This document shows, in pieces, positions 1 through 12,455 of a DNA stretch of 64,000 bases. The stretch is from contig OX597834.1 in the NCBI GenBank assembly GCA_951406725.2, forward strand, positions 5,394,001-5,458,000, given 5' to 3'. A model generated the notes under the pieces. It did no database searches. It was not told the origin of the DNA and saw only the letters and a program-made list of their open reading frames with translations. Made by a program: the position numbers and the translations under genes. Origin of the DNA: Octopus vulgaris (taxonomy: Eukaryota). The stretch's first letter is position 1, and the number at the start of each line of letters is the position of its first letter.

Positions 1-131
1 CATCCCCTGCCGGAGCCTCGTGGAGCTTTAGGTGTTTTCGCTCAATAAACACTCACAACGCCCGGTCTGGGAATCGAAACCGCAATCCTATGACCGCGAG
101 TCCGCTGCCCTAACCACTGGGCCATTGTGGC
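1..131 (-). mobile_element. tRNA(Arg-like)-derived SINE family B, head region (body runs off the window edge)
   Basis: The reverse complement matches the head of the copies at 28947 and 40973 (TGGCCCAGTGG A-box, GGTTTCGATTCC B-box). Confidence 0.85.
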
Positions 132-141
132 TATATATATA

Positions 142-1017
<876 letters not shown>

Positions 1018-1039
1018 TGTGTGTATGTGTGTGTGTTTC

Positions 1040-1410
1040 TATTCTTTTATATATTCTTTTATTTATGCCTTCTATGTTCATCATTTGGTCCTTTTACCAT
1101 GTACTTCACGCTGCCCAGACGTCCAGTTATATTACCTTGTTCCCTGCCCTGTTTTCCGTTTTTATAAATTTTAAAATATACCTCGCCACCTATGTTAAAC
1201 AATTTCGTTCTACTTCCCGAATTTTGTATTTTCCGTTTCCTACTCGGCAACAAATTGTCAAACACAGAATGAAATCTTTCTGGAGAACATCGAGTCCGCG
1301 GGTCACCTACCCGACTCAGTATTTGGATTCGATGTTATTCTGTGCATCTGTAAAAACTTGTCATATTTCTATCTTCAAAGGAATCCCGTCTGGTCTTTCT
1401 TAAGGCTCTC

Positions 1411-1414
<4 letters not shown>
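1040..1414 (-). mobile_element. Gypsy/Ty3 LTR retrotransposon integrase C-terminal remnant
   Basis: Frameshifted translation FKRALRK...MFSRKI..VFDNLLP...[39 protein letters not shown] resembles the Gypsy integrase tail (SPAELMFGRKIR...W..G.I....G...Y.V......RH). Confidence 0.65.
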
Positions 1415-1447
<33 letters not shown>

Positions 1448-2135
1448 TATAAAATATTCCCTCATTTGAAGAAAAACTAATAGAGATAGAGACATTTGCT
1501 CCTGAATATTCGATATATTTATGTAACTTAAAAATTTGGAAATTCATTCAAAGCTTTCATTTTCTCCATCCTGTATTTATTGCAAATCAAAGTAATTTTC
1601 ACAACAAATTGCGGGTTTTAAATCTGCTATCCCCATGACTCAGAATTTTTATGAAATTGTTATGTGCACGTGGCAAATTTTGTAGAGACACTTAGAAACT
1701 TCCCATTAGATAGAGATCTCGAACAATTAAAGTCTGAAAATTAATGACGTTTCAAATTGCTTTTAAGCAAAGGGAACCAATATTGAAAACTCCATACACT
1801 CTCTATAGTCATGAAAATAACAAAAGGGTCTAGGCTTCGTCATGCACAGTAAAATTTATTTAGTTTCTGTGGAATTGTTGATTATGTATTTTGTGGAAAT
1901 ATTCCCATGTAGATAGTATTGATTCAATACTTAATGAAGTATACTTCTTTTTCAATTACTAATATCACCAGATTCTCTCTCTCCAATTCCTACCACGTTA
2001 TTCATTTATTTGTCTTCCATACTATATATAATTTCCCTTTTTTAAATACAATTCTCACTGTCTCAGTAACTCTTTTGTTCCAATATGCTAGCCACTCAAA
2101 TTCTTCATTCGTAGAACAGTGTCACTTTGAACCAT

Positions 2136-2550
2136 ACTCTTTACTCTTTTACTCTTTTACTTGTTTCAGTCATTTGACTGCGGCCATGCTGGAGCACCGC
2201 CTTTAGTCGACCAAATCGACCCCGGGACTTATTCTTTGTAAGCCCAGTACTTATTCTATCGGTCTCTTTTGCCGAACCGCTAAGTGGCGGGGACGTAAAC
2301 ACAGCAGCATCGGCTGTCAAGCAATGCTAGGGGGACAAACACAGGCACACAAACACATACACACACACACATATATACATATATACGACAGGCTTCTTTC
2401 AGTTTCCGTCTACCAAATCCACTCACAAGGCATTGGTCGGCCCGGGGCTATAGCAGAAGACACTTGCCCAAGATGCCACGCAGTGAGACTGAACCCGGAA
2501 CCATGTGGTTGGTTAGCAAGCTACTTACCACACAGCCACTCCTGCGCCTA
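2136..2550 (-). mobile_element. tRNA-derived SINE family A, full length
   Basis: Head TAGGCGCAGGAGTGGCTGTGTGG...GGTTCAGT, internal (TA)/(TG) tract, tail GGCGGTGCTCCAGCATGGCCGCAGTCAAATGACTGAAAC(AAGAGTAA)n; near-identical to other copies in the window. Confidence 0.92.
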
Positions 2551-2791
2551 TTTCATAACCTTAAATATGTCTCATATTTAAATCCATAAATTTGACATTT
2601 TAGTTTTGTAGAATATCATATAGATTTCTACTTAGAAATCTATTAGGATGGATGACCGATTAATTCGTTTTAGTATATTTCTTCTTTAGAAGATATAAAC
2701 ACTTCAGGTATATCCACATGCAAATACTCTAGATATATGTATGATCGTGTGTTCATATATATATATAATCTTACATGCGTGTATGTATGCA

Positions 2792-2848
<57 letters not shown>

Positions 2849-2849
2849 C

Positions 2850-2913
<64 letters not shown>

Positions 2914-2916
<3 letters not shown>

Positions 2917-3110
2917 CGTTGGCGATTTTTTTCCTCTGTCTTCCCTTCTCTGGATCTTTCCTTCTCCTATGTTTCCGACGAAGAGCTCCGCTCAAAACGT
3001 TAAACACTCCTTCTTTCCTCCTTTCCTGAGCGTCCAATAATACTATATTTGTTCCACGTCCTCGCGTTGTTGTGTTTTTTTTTGTGCTTTCTTGTTTGGA
3101 TTAACTATAT
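2914..3110 (+). mobile_element. Short non-coding repeat module F with hammerhead-like motif (2971-3005)
   Basis: GTTT CCGACGA AGAGC TCC GCTC AAAA CGTT AAAC; a second copy lies inverted at 9894-10080; embedded in (TG)/(TA) tracts. Confidence 0.6.
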
Positions 3111-3210
3111 CTTGACTATTGAGTAATTGTAACATATTATTTTATTGATAAATTTCCTCTATTTACATAATATTGAGGTCTCTTTCTTTTGTTATCTTAC
3201 CGTTTTTACC

Positions 3211-3467
<257 letters not shown>

Positions 3468-4384
3468 CCCAATTAATCAGCATCAGCGCAGCAGATTGGA
3501 AGAATTGTCAATTTTGTCCTCGCAGTATTTCATTCCGCTCCTTTCAAATTCAAATCTTATCAAGATCACCTTTGCTTTCTTCTTTTTTTTTTTTCATCTT
3601 TTCGGTGTGGATCAAAGAAGATATTAGTCAAGTACAGGGGTCGATTTAATCCAAACTTCTTTAGGCAATGAAATTACCTTTGAAAATGCAGGACGGATAA
3701 TTTAAGCACTGCTTATGCTTTAAAGATGAATGAGAAAGTAAACTGCAACAGGCTGGTTTTCTTTAAGATGCAGCGCCTCCATTGTATTATTCGCTTTGAA
3801 ATACAGAATGTTGGAACAGTGACACAAGTTCTATAAATAACTGTAAGTATATAGTACACATGACATTTCGCCCGACAAAGCCTGTTAATAATAAATCTAC
3901 GACGCATATTCATGTAGAAACAATGTGCTTAATCATCAAACAAATTCAATTTTCAGTTTTACATTATTTCTCACTTCATTACGGAAATGTTTTAAATATG
4001 ATTTGAAAGTCAAATTGTTTCACCCCTACAATTAAATTAGCTTTCGCGTATTCTCTTCATGGACATAGTCTACCATGATAATAATCCTCACACTAAGACG
4101 CTGCTAAATCTTTGTTAGAATGTTACCTCGATGTATAATTTGTTGATATATATTGTTCATTGATATAAGGGTGGTGGAAAAGGATAAGAGATATTGTAGA
4201 AGTTTCTTTTCCGTTTAGACAAGTATTTTTTGTTCAGTGCAAAGGTAGTCCCAATTTAACCGATTTCCAACCAAATGCATAATTTTGTTTTTACACGTAC
4301 AGAATCTAGATCTTATAGTGTTTGGTGCTATATATAGCGTAAAACTGGGGGGGAGGGGGCTCTAGTTCGTTGAAACAAATTTGT

Positions 4385-5270
4385 AGAGCGCTGTGTACGT
4401 AATCTGTAGATGCGTAAGCTGGCCGCCTTGATTAAGCAATGGTTGGCAGCAAGGACACGATGGTAGCTCGATATCGATGCGAGAATTGGATCAATGGTGA
4501 TTGTAGTGATTAGTAATACGAGTGGGTGATAATGCCTACTTGTTTAAAGCACTGGTTTTGGTAAACGATACAGTGTCTACGTTAACCTCGTTATTGTGGG
4601 AAGAGGACAAGGTTGAAGAAGGGTCGTGAATGTAAATATTTCTGAAGATGGCGACTAATTAGAAAGGGTTGTGCGACAAACATTGATGATGTAGAATTAA
4701 AGATAACTGCAATTCTATGGACAGGTGGGTGGCTGGAGGAGTCTGAAAGTAGATGCAGCAGATGAATTTTAAGAAAGGAAGAATTAGAGAATTTGAGGTA
4801 GATTTAAAAAAAACCCAGAAAAAAACTTTGTTGCTGATGTACAAATTGAAGTGGATTCTAAACCCACTGACCTATTTTCAGAGAAATATTGTTGTTGTTT
4901 AACTGTGTCATCCATGACTGAGCAAATATATGAACAAAGACACTACAATCCTGGTCTCTTTTCGTTTCTTTTCTATTTGAAGGCAGAAAGGGCCACATAT
5001 TTAAATGTTTTCTCTATAACAGTAGGAGATGATTTATTGGAAATTTGACTGTATTTTCCCGTGGGTTCAATGATTACAGAGAAACGTTTTGATTCATCAA
5101 AGAAATCTTGAAATATATGGTGGAGCCTTAATACTGGGATTGCTAGATATAAGTGAATAAGAAGCTTGAAATTCGGACAGATACAAGGTGTGAGGGAAGC
5201 ATTTTTCTTCTTCAAAGATGATATAAAGTCATTTTAGATCGACTGATATTCACATTATATATAATGGAGA
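4385..5270 (-). mobile_element. Heavily degraded LINE remnant (endonuclease region)
   Basis: Minus-strand peptide IDPILASISSYHRVLAANHCLI resembles the APE-endonuclease end (LDL.LT....LG.SDH.LI); multiple stops. Confidence 0.3.
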
Positions 5271-5704
5271 GAATTGTCCAGCGAATTAGGCGTGATTAGA
5301 GTCCGACTTCCTTTTTATCTAGTTCCCGTATGAGTCTTTACGCTTGAATTCAAATACTTTGCCTTTCATCGAAGAGTGGGGTTGATATAATCAACTTACT
5401 CATTTCCCCGAAATTGCTAGCCTTGTACCAAAATCTGAAACCAACAAATAGGCTTATGGGGGTATTGTGCGAAAGTGTCTTCCTTTCCGGCTACTGACAT
5501 CCCTTGTTACACCACTACTGCACTTCGTACACATATATGCACATCTACAAACACACACTCTTTCACGAATGCACACATGTGACATATACATACACTTCGT
5601 TCTTTCTTTCTTTCAATATCTCTCTCTCTCTCTCTTCTCATTCACTTTCTCTGTTACTGAAACTAAATTCAGAGCAAAATTTTTTACAAACCTTTTTACA
5701 TTAC

Positions 5705-5945
5705 GTATCCCATAATCTGGCTGACTGTTGGGGCACCACTAATGACTTCGCGGCTAGATCCCTCCAACTATCAGTCTTCTGCCTCTCGCATAGCGTCTCT
5801 CATCTTCAGGCCTGTCCACTCACAGATGTTGTTTTCCCACCTCTTTCTCTATCTGCTTCTGCGTCTGCCACATGTGACTGTACTCTGAAGGATTGTTTTG
5901 ACCATCCTTGATGAGCGGGTGACATTCTCAAACCAACAGATCTTA
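5705..5945 (-). mobile_element. RTE-clade LINE 3' end
   Basis: Translation WFENVTRSSRMVKTILQSTVTCGRRRSR*RKRWENNICEWTGL...VVPQQSARLWD is a typical RTE ORF C-terminus. Confidence 0.8.
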
Positions 5946-5956
5946 CTATCCATAAA

Positions 5957-6590
5957 TAGTTAGTTAGTTAGTTCATTTTTTGGTTCAAAAAGCAAAAAGC
6001 AAGGCCATGTAGGGGGACATGGAGTTATGTACAGGGTAGTCTTCATGTAAAGAGTTCAGGCCACTTGTGGTCAAGGGATACTTTGAACCGAGCGGTCGTC
6101 GGCATCTTCACTATCTCGTCCGGCAGCTTATTCCACGGCTCCGCAACCCAGACGGAGAAAGCCCCTCTCCTTCGATTGAGATGAAATCGTCGCAGATAGA
6201 GCTTTTCGGAGTGACCCCGCAGCCGACGCTCTGGAGCAGGAATGAAGAACAGCTCTTTCGAGAGGTTACACTTTCCGCTTATGATGTTGTGAGCGAAGAA
6301 TGAGATCACCACGTCGTCGTCGTTTTTCTAGAGAATAAAGCTCGAGCGTCTTCAGCCTTTCTTCATAAGACAAATGCTTGAGACCAAGAACCATGCGGGT
6401 AGCCAGCTTCTGGACTCTTTCAAGATGCTGTACGTCTTTGAAGAGATAAGGAGAAGAGGCTTGAATCCCGTACTCCAATATGGGTCTCACCAGCGTGACA
6501 TAGAGCAGTAGGAATATGGCTGCTGTGAGCATTCCGAATGACCGTCGAATCAAAAACAGAACTCCGCGTGCTTTGTTGGCAGCATGGAGG
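5957..6590 (-). mobile_element. CR1-like LINE, 5'-truncated 3' end with (TAAC)n tail
   Basis: ORFs 6266-6631 and 6043-6312: LYVTLVRPILEYG...LERVQKLATRMV...SYEERLK.L.LYSLEKRRRRGDLI...RGH..KL...WNKLP; same family at 11215 and 55377. Confidence 0.92.
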
Positions 6591-7258
6591 TTGGAGGTTC
6601 TGTATAAGTACTGAATATACGAGCATAACAATTATTTCCTCGGAGTAGTGTACCACTAAGAGAATAAGCCGTGACTGGAGGAATATTCATCTTCCATTTC
6701 TAGCAAGTTTAGTGTCCACTTAGAGCTTCATTTGTTGGCTCGTAGTCTGCAAGTGAAATTCCATTTGAGTAAAGAAGTTATAGAATCAATAATCTGCCTC
6801 ACACAACAAACACTTTCTGTCATTATGTTTGCGAAATCAGTTTTCTTTCATTTTCCTATCTACAATTTCTTACCGAGTTTCAATCATTCAGTTTTAATTT
6901 ATTCTCGTCACTTTATTTGGTGGTTTCTGGTTGATAAGAATTTCTTTATTCACTTAAGTACATTTAATCTTTCTGAGTTCGAGAATAAACACTAAATGAA
7001 ATTGTTATTTGTATAAATTCCTTTTTATGGAAATCATGCTAGTATCATGTTTATTTATTATTCATGATGTTGCAAAGTCTTTTAGTCAGTTAAGTTCTCC
7101 AGTTATTTTAAAATGAGTTGCAATAATGTTGCAACAACAAACAGCATGGCCTAGAGTCGGAGTTGCTTTAAGACACAGAATTCAATACATGGGAGAATAA
7201 AAGAATTTGATTAACTTACTTTGGTCAACTCGTGTGTATGTATACGTAGATGTGAGTA

Positions 7259-7261
<3 letters not shown>

Positions 7262-7334
<73 letters not shown>

Positions 7335-7344
7335 TGTGTGTGTG

Positions 7345-7387
<43 letters not shown>
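7262..7387. repeat. (GT)n microsatellite
   Basis: Read directly. Confidence 0.98.
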
Positions 7388-7388
<1 letters not shown>

Positions 7389-7864
7389 GGTTTTAATGAA
7401 AATAGATACAAATCTCTGAAAATATTTCAATGTTTCAATTGTTGAAATACTTGATCTTAAATTGTTTTTCTATTTGATTTCTAAATGCGCGCGTGTATGT
7501 GTGTGTATATGTGTGTGTGTACACACACATATATAATAAGATCAGGACAATCTAGTCTGTGAAAGTACAGTTTCGTGCCCAATAATTTATAACTTTTAAA
7601 ACATACTTCATATCAAACTATATATATATATATAGATATCACTCTGCAATATATGAATATATATCATAGAGCACATAAGAAAATACGATACTTTTCCACT
7701 AAAAATTACATTTCATATCAATAGGAATATCATTTTGTCATATATCAACATAGTTAAGTCTGATCTCCACAAGCGAAAACTCAGACAGAAAATGGCAAAC
7801 GACCTCAAGTACCAAGACTGTATTTTGAAAAACCACTTTCAACCCATACAAGTACCTGAAGAAG

Positions 7865-7893
7865 GATGACAATGACAACGACGACGAGGATGA

Positions 7894-7959
<66 letters not shown>

Positions 7960-8050
7960 GTGATGATGATGGATGATGATGGTGATGGTGATGGTGATGA
8001 TGATGATGATGGTGATGGTGATGATGATGGTGATGATGATGATGATGATG
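7865..8050. repeat. (GAT)n/(GGT) trinucleotide array
   Basis: Read directly. Confidence 0.95.
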
Positions 8051-8229
8051 TACCGGTATGAGATATGAAATAAACCATTATATCTCATAGCATCATAACA
8101 AAGTTTTCGTCATTACACTGAACAGATGCACTACTGTATCAAACGGTCAAACAATTTGTTCCTCATACACAGATTGTAGACATTTTAAACACACACACAC
8201 ACACACACACGCACACATGTATATAAAAT

Positions 8230-9865
8230 CATGGTTTGGGCAAAATAATGGAAACACCTTAAAATTCCAAACAAATTTATTTTAATATGGAGCAGGATCG
8301 CCTTTGGCAGTAATTACAGCTTGAATTCTACGAGGTATGGACTCGTACAAAGTCTGAATCGTTTCCAAAGGAATTTTTGTCCATTCTTCAGCTAAAAAAG
8401 TCTCCAGTTCTTGTAGTGATGATGGTGGAAGATATTGACTCCTTACTTGTTTTTCTAAAATGCACCATAAATGTTGAAAAATATTGAGATCCGGGGACTG
8501 TGGTGTCCAGAAAAGAAGTTCAACTTCACTAGAATGTTCCTTGTGCCATTCAGTAACAACTTTAGCTGTGTGAATTGGTGCATTATCCTCGTAATAAATT
8601 GCGTTTCCCTCTAGAAACACTTCCGTAACCATAGGATGAATTTGATAAGATAAAATGCTTAAATAGTCTTAAATTCTGCCATGAAGAGAAACCATTGGGC
8701 CGGTGGATTTCCAAAATATAGCCCCCCAGATCATCACACATCCTCCTCCATATTTAACATTTGGAAGAAGGCAGTCTGGGACAAATACTTCTTTTGGCTG
8801 TCTCCACACCTATACTCGGCCAGTGGTCGGAAATAAGGTAAAGACTGACACGACCAAGAAAATAACATTCTTCCACTGCTGTAGGGACCAATTCTGTAGG
8901 ATTTTATTCCACTCTAAACGCTTTGCAACGTCTGTTTTTTAAAGTTGTGGTTTTCTGATCGCAGCCCTCTGGTGAAATCCGGCTTTGTGAAGCTCCTGGC
9001 GAAGAGTTTTTTTTTGTGGAAACTGGGTTCTCGAGGTGGTCATTAAGCTCTGCAATTATTTTGGAAGCTATACTTTTGTGATCCTTTCTAACAATTTGCG
9101 TAAGAGTCCGACGGTTCCTATCTGAAAGGTTGGGATTTCTTCGGGAATTTTGTTTCGAGAAGAGTCTGTTATTACTTTCGAGACAGTACTTTTTGATGCA
9201 CCAAACATTTCGGTTGTTTTCTTTACGCTAGCGCCTGCCGTACGAGCACTAACAATTTGATCTCTTTGAAAGTCTGATAGATCTGTAATTTTAATGAATT
9301 TTGATTACCGTTTTCTGATGATATCTGAAAAGAAACAGCAATTTTAGCAAGCCATATTAAGCAACATCTTCTTTATATATAAAAGAGAGGTTGTGTGCTG
9401 TCTGTCTCCTACGATTTAGATTCCTAACTACTCCCACATTTTGCGGTGCAGTTTAACCAAAACCGGGTATCTTATAGTGATTCATATCGAGTTCACCTGG
9501 GTATTAGCGCGCGTCTACGATGAGTCTACGATTTTAAAAAAAAATTTACCATCAATTTTTCCCATTTTTAATGCATTTTTGGCATATATTAGGGAAGTAA
9601 CTCTCTAAAAATGTATTATTAAATCTCAGAACGTAAAAAGCTACAGTAACACCCACCTTTGTGGTTAGCCATATTGAGATGGCTATTATACTTTACATCT
9701 CTATAAATGCTTATATAGTTATTTCCCTTACAAACCCGAGCAACGCCGGGCGATACTGCTGGTTAATAATAAATTAAAAAAAAACAAGGAGGTGAAGGTT
9801 TGGTAGATATTTCAATATTATGATGCTATGATGCTAGGTGTTCCCATTATTTTGTTTAACTCCTC
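8230..9865 (-). mobile_element. Tc1-family DNA transposon, degenerate, interrupted by a Helitron
   Basis: TIRs 8230-8259 (CATGGTTTGGGCAAAATAATGGAAACACCT) and 9836-9865; N-terminal HTH TDLSDFQRDQIVSARTAGASVKKTTEMFGASKSTVS near 9180-9290; catalytic C-terminus EDNAPIH...SPDLNIFQHLW...SIPRRIQAVITAKG..Y in ORF 8282-8632. Confidence 0.9.
9367..9762 (+). mobile_element. Non-autonomous Helitron
   Basis: 5' TC start after host A; 3' hairpin CCCGAGCAACGCCGGG followed by CTGG|T (CTRR); no TSD; second copy at 16443. Confidence 0.85.
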
Positions 9866-9893
9866 TATTTATATATATATATATATATATATA

Positions 9894-10080
9894 GTTGATC
9901 CAAACAAGAAAACACAGAAAAAAAGAGAAAAAAACACAGCAACGCAGGACTTGGAACAATTAAAGTATTATTGACGCTCAGGAAAGAAGGGAAGGAGGGT
10001 TTAACGTTTCGAGCGGAGCTCTTCGTCGGAAACAAGGAGAAGGAAAGATCTCAAGGAGGGAAGACAGAGGAGAAAATATT
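9894..10080 (-). mobile_element. Module F copy with hammerhead-like motif (9999-10033)
   Basis: Reverse complement GTTT CCGACGA AGAGC TCC GCTC GAAA CGTT AAAC; adjoins (TA)n. Confidence 0.6.
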
Positions 10081-10190
10081 TGAGCTGGTGATGCTCAAGA
10101 GATCACATGTTGAAAGAACAGAAGTTGAAGGTAGTCGAAACATGGTTTTATAAGGCAAGAGAGTTCCAAAAAAGGAATGCGTGTGTGTGT

Positions 10191-10370
10191 GTTTATAGAA
10201 AAGCAAAAGACGAAGACAGGTGTATGAACAACAAACAGGTGTATTAGTTTGACGCTCGGGAAGATGAAACAGGCTTTTATGTTTCGAGCCTACGCTCTTC
10301 AACAGAAAGGATTCAGAGAAAATAAACAGAGAGAGAATGAAAAAAAAACGTGTAGAATTCAGCGGTCAAG
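10191..10370 (-). mobile_element. Short module G with hammerhead-like motif (10274-10309)
   Basis: Reverse complement CTTT CTGTTGA AGAGC GTAG GCTC GAAA CATA AAAG; homologous to 38239 and 59677. Confidence 0.6.
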
Positions 10371-10382
10371 TATCCTTTTCAA

Positions 10383-10561
10383 TTCTATATTTAAGAGATG
10401 AGGAATTATGTACATTATTTACATTATTTACATTTGATGGATATTTGTCCTCATCTTGTTTGTTGTTAACACAACGTTTCGGCTGATATACCCCACAAGC
10501 CTTCATCAGGTGTCTTAGGGAAATGTCGAACTTGGGTTCGCATTCCTAAGGTGTTTTTCGA

Positions 10562-10637
<76 letters not shown>

Positions 10638-10767
10638 CACTACGCCATATGCCCACGGGCATAGTGCGTAATGGTTAAGAGCGCGGGCTACTAACCCCAA
10701 GATTCTGAGTTCCATTCCAGGCAGTGACTTGAATAATAATAATAATAATAATAACAACAACAACAAC

Positions 10768-10798
<31 letters not shown>

Positions 10799-10806
10799 TG
10801 ATGATG

Positions 10807-10876
<70 letters not shown>

Positions 10877-11012
10877 CAACAACACTGAAAAATACTTTAG
10901 GAATGAGAACTCAGGTTCGAAATTTCCCAAGACACCTGATGAAGGCTGGAGGGTATATCAGCCGAAATGCTGCGTTAACAACAAACAAGATGAGGACCAA
11001 TAATGTAAATAA
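10383..11012. mobile_element. Element E: head-to-head inverted pair of tRNA-head/(AAT)n/hammerhead elements
   Basis: Minus copy 10383-10654 (hammerhead 10468-10514); plus copy 10657-11012 (head GGGCATAG..GGTTAAGAGCGCGGGCTACTAACCCC..GAGTTCCATTCC; hammerhead 10931-10976); same arrangement at 33449-34065. Confidence 0.8.
10468..10514 (-). ncRNA. Minimal type I hammerhead ribozyme motif
   Basis: GACAC CTGATGA AGGCT...AGCC GAAA CGTT GTGTT: stem I GACAC/GTGTT, intact core, palindromic AACGTT stem III, GUU cleavage triplet. Confidence 0.7.
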
Positions 11013-11015
11013 GTA

Positions 11016-11768
11016 TTCTTTTATTCTTCTACTTGCTTCAGTCATTTGACTGTGGCCATGCTGAAGCACCGCCTTTAGTCAAACAAATCAACCCTAGGAC
11101 TTATTCTTTGTAAATCTAGTACTTATTCTATCGGTCTTTTGTGCCGAACCGCTAAATTATATGGACGTATACACACTAGCATCGGCTGTCAATCGATGGT
11201 GGGAGTACAAACAGAACATCTCGAAAGAGCTGTTCTTCACCCCTGCTCCAGAGCGTCGGCTGCGGGGTCACTCCGAAAAGCTCTATCTGCGACGATTTCA
11301 TCTCAATCGAAGGAGAGGGGCTTTCTCCTTCCGGGTTGCGGGTCCGTGGAATAAGATGCCGGACGAGATAGTGAAGATGCCGACGACCGCTCGGTTCAAA
11401 GTCTCCCTTGACCACAAGTGGCCTGAACTCTTTACATGAACACCACCCTGTACGTAACTCCATGTCCCCCTACTTGGCCTTGCTTTTTGCTTTTGAGCCA
11501 AAAAATTAACTAACTAACTAACTAACTACGCATACATACATACATTTATATAAACATATAGGACGGACTTCTTTCAGTCTCCGTCTACCAAATCCATTCA
11601 CAATGTTTTGATCGGCCCGAGGCTATAGTAGAAAACACTCGCCCGAAGGTATAGGAAGACTACGGAACAAAGCTATAGTAAAAAACTAAGGCCCAATGTT
11701 CCTCGCAGTGGGACTGAACCCAGAACCATGTGGTTGGGAAGCAAGCTTCTTACCAAACAGCCATGTAT
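11016..11768 (-). mobile_element. Older SINE family A copy interrupted by a CR1-like LINE
   Basis: Family A tail at 11016-11214; body and head at 11529-11768. Confidence 0.8.
11215..11528 (+). mobile_element. CR1-like LINE 3' fragment with (TAAC)n tail
   Basis: SKELFFTPAPERRLRGHSEKLYLRRFHLNRRRGAFSFRVAGPWNKMP..., near-identical to 5957-6590. Confidence 0.92.
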
Positions 11769-11775
11769 GTATACT

Positions 11776-12053
11776 TTTTTACTCTTTTACTTGTTTCAGT
11801 CATTTGACTGCGGCCATGCTGGAGCACCGCCTTTAGTCGAGCAAATCGACCCCGGGACTTATTATTTGTAAGCCCAGTACTTATTCTATCGGTCGCTTTT
11901 GTCGAACCGCTAAGTGACGGGGACGTAAACACACCAGCATCGGTTGTCAAGCAATGCTAGGGGGACAAACACAGACACACACATACATATATATATATAC
12001 ATATATACGACGGGCTTCTTTCAGTTTCCGTCTACCAAATCCACTCACAAGGC
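11776..12053 (-). mobile_element. SINE family A lacking its head (abuts a mariner fragment)
   Basis: Tail and body match family A. Confidence 0.88.
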
Positions 12054-12383
12054 ACTCTCAGCAAAGTCTCCGAATTTAACTCCGTGTGACTTTTTTCTCT
12101 GGGGGTACCTCAGAGATCAAGTCTACAAGGACGTGATCCATAATTTGAATCAAACTAACCCTCAGTCAACTTCCGAACAAATGTGTCAAAATACACTCGC
12201 CAGTTTGGCCAGGCGTTACGAGTCTTGCATAGCAACGAACGGCCGTTATTTTGAATGACTTATCAAATTGATCTCTTCGTGCTTCATGTAGGTGAATTAG
12301 CTGCTTATTTTTATCATTTTCATTACATTTCATGTATTTTTTCAAAACCTCACTTTGGGGCACTAATTTTAGCCCACTCTTTA
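12054..12383 (+). mobile_element. Tc1/mariner (rosa/DD41D-like) transposase C-terminal fragment and right end
   Basis: SPNLTPCDFFLWGYLRDQVY...LARRYESCIATNGRYFE* in ORF 11944-12258; TIR-like end GGGCACTAATTTTAGCCCACTCT. Confidence 0.75.
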
Positions 12384-12395
12384 TGTGTGTGTATG

Positions 12396-12444
<49 letters not shown>

Positions 12445-12455
12445 GTGTATTTTTT

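Noticed and set aside
2324-2581. Recurrent ORFs MLGGQTQ.../MSSNARGTNTD... suggesting a small gene family
   Set aside because: They are antisense translations of SINE family A whose frames vary with the internal microsatellite length.
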